Shown piece by piece: positions 8,590-11,185 of a stretch of 11,185 bases of DNA. Position 1 is the stretch's first letter. Every line of letters starts with the position of its first letter. The stretch comes from Azolla caroliniana (taxonomy: Eukaryota > Plantae > Polypodiophyta): positions 1-11,185 of the forward strand of contig JBHGNT010001182.1 of the NCBI GenBank assembly GCA_043228905.1, written 5' to 3'. The notes under the pieces were generated by a model that was not told the origin of the DNA, ran no database searches, and was given only the letters and a program-made list of their open reading frames with translations. The position numbers and the translations under genes are program-made.

Positions 8590-8601
8590 ATTCTAGTTCA
8601 A
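8590..8601 (-). other. Self-priming type primer binding site
   Basis: Minus strand TTGAACTAGAAT, 2 nt from the 5' LTR end, with no TGG. Complementary to the LTR segment at 8733-8744 / 2976-2987. Confidence 0.8.
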
Positions 8602-8767
8602 ACTGTCAAGGCCCTAGCTTGACAAAAGAAGATTGAACAAGAGAGGAAAAGAAAGAGAGAACAATGACTATATTCTATTATAATAGGAAAATATACAAGA
8701 GCAAGAACTAGAATATTTGCCAAAGACTGTTGTTGAACCAGAATGGTTCTAACAATACAATATGTCC

Positions 8768-8777
8768 TATTTATATA
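8768..8777 (-). promoter_or_regulatory. TATA box of 5' LTR (predicted TSS about 8744)
   Basis: Minus strand TATATAAATA, conserved in both LTRs, 31-33 nt upstream of a C/A initiator at 8744. Confidence 0.75.
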
Positions 8778-8897
8778 GGAGTAGTATGTGCCCCTTGGAT
8801 GTTTGTAGGGTCACGATACCACCCTTTGGATATTTATAGGGTTACATTATCAATATTATAATAAAGTAAATTATAATATCTTTATGTACAACATATA

Positions 8898-8952
8898 TAA
8901 CCTAATGGCTAGAGTTGAGTACTTCTCCTTAGAAGGTCACAGGTTCTAGTCA
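8898..8952 (+). promoter_or_regulatory. tRNA-like A-box/B-box module within 5' LTR
   Basis: TAACCTAATGG at 8898-8908 and GGTTCTAGTCA at 8942-8952, with the same 44-nt spacing. Confidence 0.45.
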
Positions 8953-8987
8953 CCCTAAACCTCATGGGGTTTCATCTACTCATGATA

Positions 8988-10054
8988 GCCCACGAATTCT
9001 GTAGGCAATGCGATTTATGTGAATGCATGGGCCAACCCATTGAGCAAGTCCGTATGCCTCACCAATCGGTTCTTCCATTAGAACATTTCCAGAAGTGGGG
9101 ATTGGATTTCGTCGGTCCATTCAAATCAACCGTGACTCAAACCGGCAAAAATTACATCATCGTGGCCACCAATTATTGCACGAAATGGGTCGAAGCAAAG
9201 GCATTGTGCGACAACACAACCATGTCTACCGCCAAGTTCGTTTATGAATGTCTATGGTGCCGATTTGGCTGTCCAATCGAGCTCAACAGTGACCAGGGAG
9301 GTCAATTTCTTTTGATCGACTTATTCGAGAACTCATCACACACTACGTGGTAGTGCATAGGAAAAGCACGTCATACTATCCACAAGCAAATGGCCTGGCC
9401 GAGTCAACGAATAAGACACTACAAACCATCCTCAACAAGATCGTGAACGAAAATCGAACCGATTGGGAAGACAAGCCCCATAGTGCACTCTAGGCATAAC
9501 GCACGATGTTCAAGACAAGTATCAAATCCACCCCTTTTCTTCTTACTTTTGGGTTGGAAGCAGACATGCCAATAAAGTCCTAGGTGCTGATTATACGAGT
9601 CCAAATTACCGAACGATTGCCCGAGTCGGAGTCTAAATAGCAACGACTCGAGAAATTGCTCGAACATGGAGAACAACGGATCACCGGCCTAGCCCAATTA
9701 GAACATGGGCAACGGCAAAGGAAAGCCTTTGTCGATCGTCATTGGAAGGGATCACACAGATCATTCGAAATCGGGAAACTTGTCCTTGTGTTTCAAACTC
9801 GGCTCGGCTCGATGCTGGGGAAGCTCCGTTTCCGGTGGACAGGACCCTTCTGGATTATTGACGAACTTAACGGAACGTTCCAACTCGGCATGTTAGCTAG
9901 CGACGTCTTACGAAGTTGGATGAATGGCTTTCGATTAAAACCGTATCTCGGCAGGACCCCACCCAATCCCTTCGTTGTTCAACAGCACGGTCACGACCAA
10001 CCCACGGTAGGTGAAATGGAGGATTTTGGGGGTGCATCGCCTCAATTTTGGTAA
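8988..10054 (+). pseudogene. pol: Integrase (CC, DDE core, GPF module) of outer element
   Basis: AHEFCRQCDLC, KWGLDFVGPF, NSDQGGQF, YYPQANGLAESTNK, RWTGPFWI and NGFRLKPY, with stops and frameshifts. Confidence 0.94.
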
Positions 10055-10389
10055 TTACTCTACGTACTACCTAGATTGTATACTATGCATGTCAAACGAG
10101 AAAAGAAAGTACAAATGGTTCTGAAGACACGTGGTATTAAAAATTTATTATGGCAAGAAAGGTTCTCAATCTAGGGCACAAGGCCACGTCTCGAGAAATG
10201 AGGTACCTACAAAAAGGAGGGCACCATAGGCATAGCACTCACTCATGCACAGACGCACAAAGCCCCCAAGCTATCTCGCCTTCTGCACAAATGCTATCCC
10301 TCTCTCAGACAATCGGCAAAGAAGCTTTCTCCCCATCCCTGTCTCTTTACTCCCATAATCACTCTTCCTCTTCGTCTTCCGAAATAATC

Positions 10390-10916
10390 ATGCCGCTCAA
10401 TGTGTCCAAAGATCTCTGCACCTGGCTGACCAGGCACGGCCTAGGTGGATACCTCCGTGCAGTGGATACACTTCCCCACCCCGAGGCGCAGGAGATTGCA
10501 CGTTGTGTGCATCCCGACACCATCACCAACAATAAGATCCGGTCGGTGTTGGGCTTGTAGTGAGGAGGTGAACATGACATCAAGGCTCCGCCTTAGAACA
10601 TCCTCGAAGAATATTTCGAGGAGTACTCAGTGTCGGCCAAGGCGTATCATACACATGGTGGGTCTAACAAGTTCTTTGGCAATCTCGCCAGAATTCTTTT
10701 GGAGTTTGCCTGTGTACACGCTAACGCATATAGCATGCCACAAAAAAGGGCATCATCATCACGACCTACAGAAGCGGTGCCATCAAGTGGGGCATCATCA
10801 CCGGGGACGGAGTTCGTGCCACCTTGATGGTTTTTCAAGCAGGAAAACGGTTCTTGCCTACTTTAACATATTACTTAGTTGTGCTTTACCCTCGCCACCC
10901 CACGACAACACCCTGA
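10390..10916 (+). pseudogene. Decayed extra ORF downstream of pol (unknown function)
   Basis: ATG at 10390 after a CT-rich leader; protein-like frame continues through stops at 10558-10563 and about 10594 to MPQK, then shifts frame to KGIIITTYRSGAIKWGIITG...FLPTLTYYLVVLYP. Confidence 0.55.
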
Positions 10917-10933
10917 CGAACCCTTCCTCTCCC

Positions 10934-11185
10934 CACAACACCGGGACATTTGAAACAGGTAATATGTCGCATTTTGAGAACTGTACATCAAAAAATGACA
11001 CAAATTAGGGTGATTCACAAAAAGGGGTGCCGCATGCGTAAAGGAATTTTAAAAATGACCCAAAAATATATTGATTTTTAACATGTACGGAAATTTAGGT
11101 GTTCAAAAAAATGCCTAAATAATGGACATGCCAAACTTACAAATGAATGTCCAAAATGACTAACCCCAATATTTATAGAAATTCT
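10934..11185. other. AT-rich segment of different origin with repeated AAAATGAC motifs (possible end of another transposon)
   Basis: Abrupt composition shift; AAAATG(A/C)C near 10992, 11052, 11108 and 11153. Confidence 0.3.

Larger units (their letters stand above)
2847..8987 (-). mobile_element. Full-length degenerate Ty3/gypsy chromovirus (Tcn1/Tf1-like), nested in the outer element
   Basis: Paired LTRs 2847-3242 and 8604-8987; GCCCA at both flanks (2842-2846, 8988-8992); PPT next to the left LTR; gag-PR-RT-RH-INT-chromodomain on the minus strand. Confidence 0.96.
8604..8987 (-). repeat. 5' LTR of inner chromovirus (384 bp)
   Basis: Direct repeat of 2847-3242; starts TGTCA and ends TGATA (C>T from TGACA); followed by GCCCA. 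Confidence 0.96.
1..10916 (+). mobile_element. Outer degenerate Ty3/gypsy non-chromovirus LTR retrotransposon (internal region; interrupted at 2847-8987; its LTRs are not in the window)
   Basis: Domain order gag-PR-RT-RH-INT across frameshifted ORFs. The integrase zinc finger is split by the nested element (H..H before 2846, CxxC after 8988). Integrase ends at GPF...NGFRLKPY with no chromodomain. Confidence 0.9.

Noticed and set aside
8964-9353. 129-aa ORF with its own ATG
   Set aside because: The start lies in the inserted LTR end; it is a frameshifted fragment of the outer integrase, not a separate gene.

Overview
Eukaryotic, probably bryophyte-type (Physcomitrium-like, inferred) transposon nest with no host genes and at least three layers. 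(1) An outer, degenerate non-chromovirus Ty3/gypsy element on the + strand: gag-PR-RT-RH-INT at 1-2846, resuming at 8988-10054, plus a decayed extra ORF at 10390-10916. (2) A full-length but degenerate Tcn1/Tf1-type chromovirus on the - strand at 2847-8987, inserted into the outer integrase zinc finger. It has two LTRs about 6% diverged, a GCCCA flanking repeat and a PPT. (3) A roughly 750-bp LTR-like insertion that splits the chromodomain of the inner element. The inner element has no tRNA PBS. Its PBS is instead complementary to the predicted first 12 nt of its own transcript (Tf1-style self-priming), and both LTRs carry an antisense tRNA-like A-box/B-box module. Several repair scars are visible: filler DNA in gag, a templated 26-bp patch in the protease, and large deletions.
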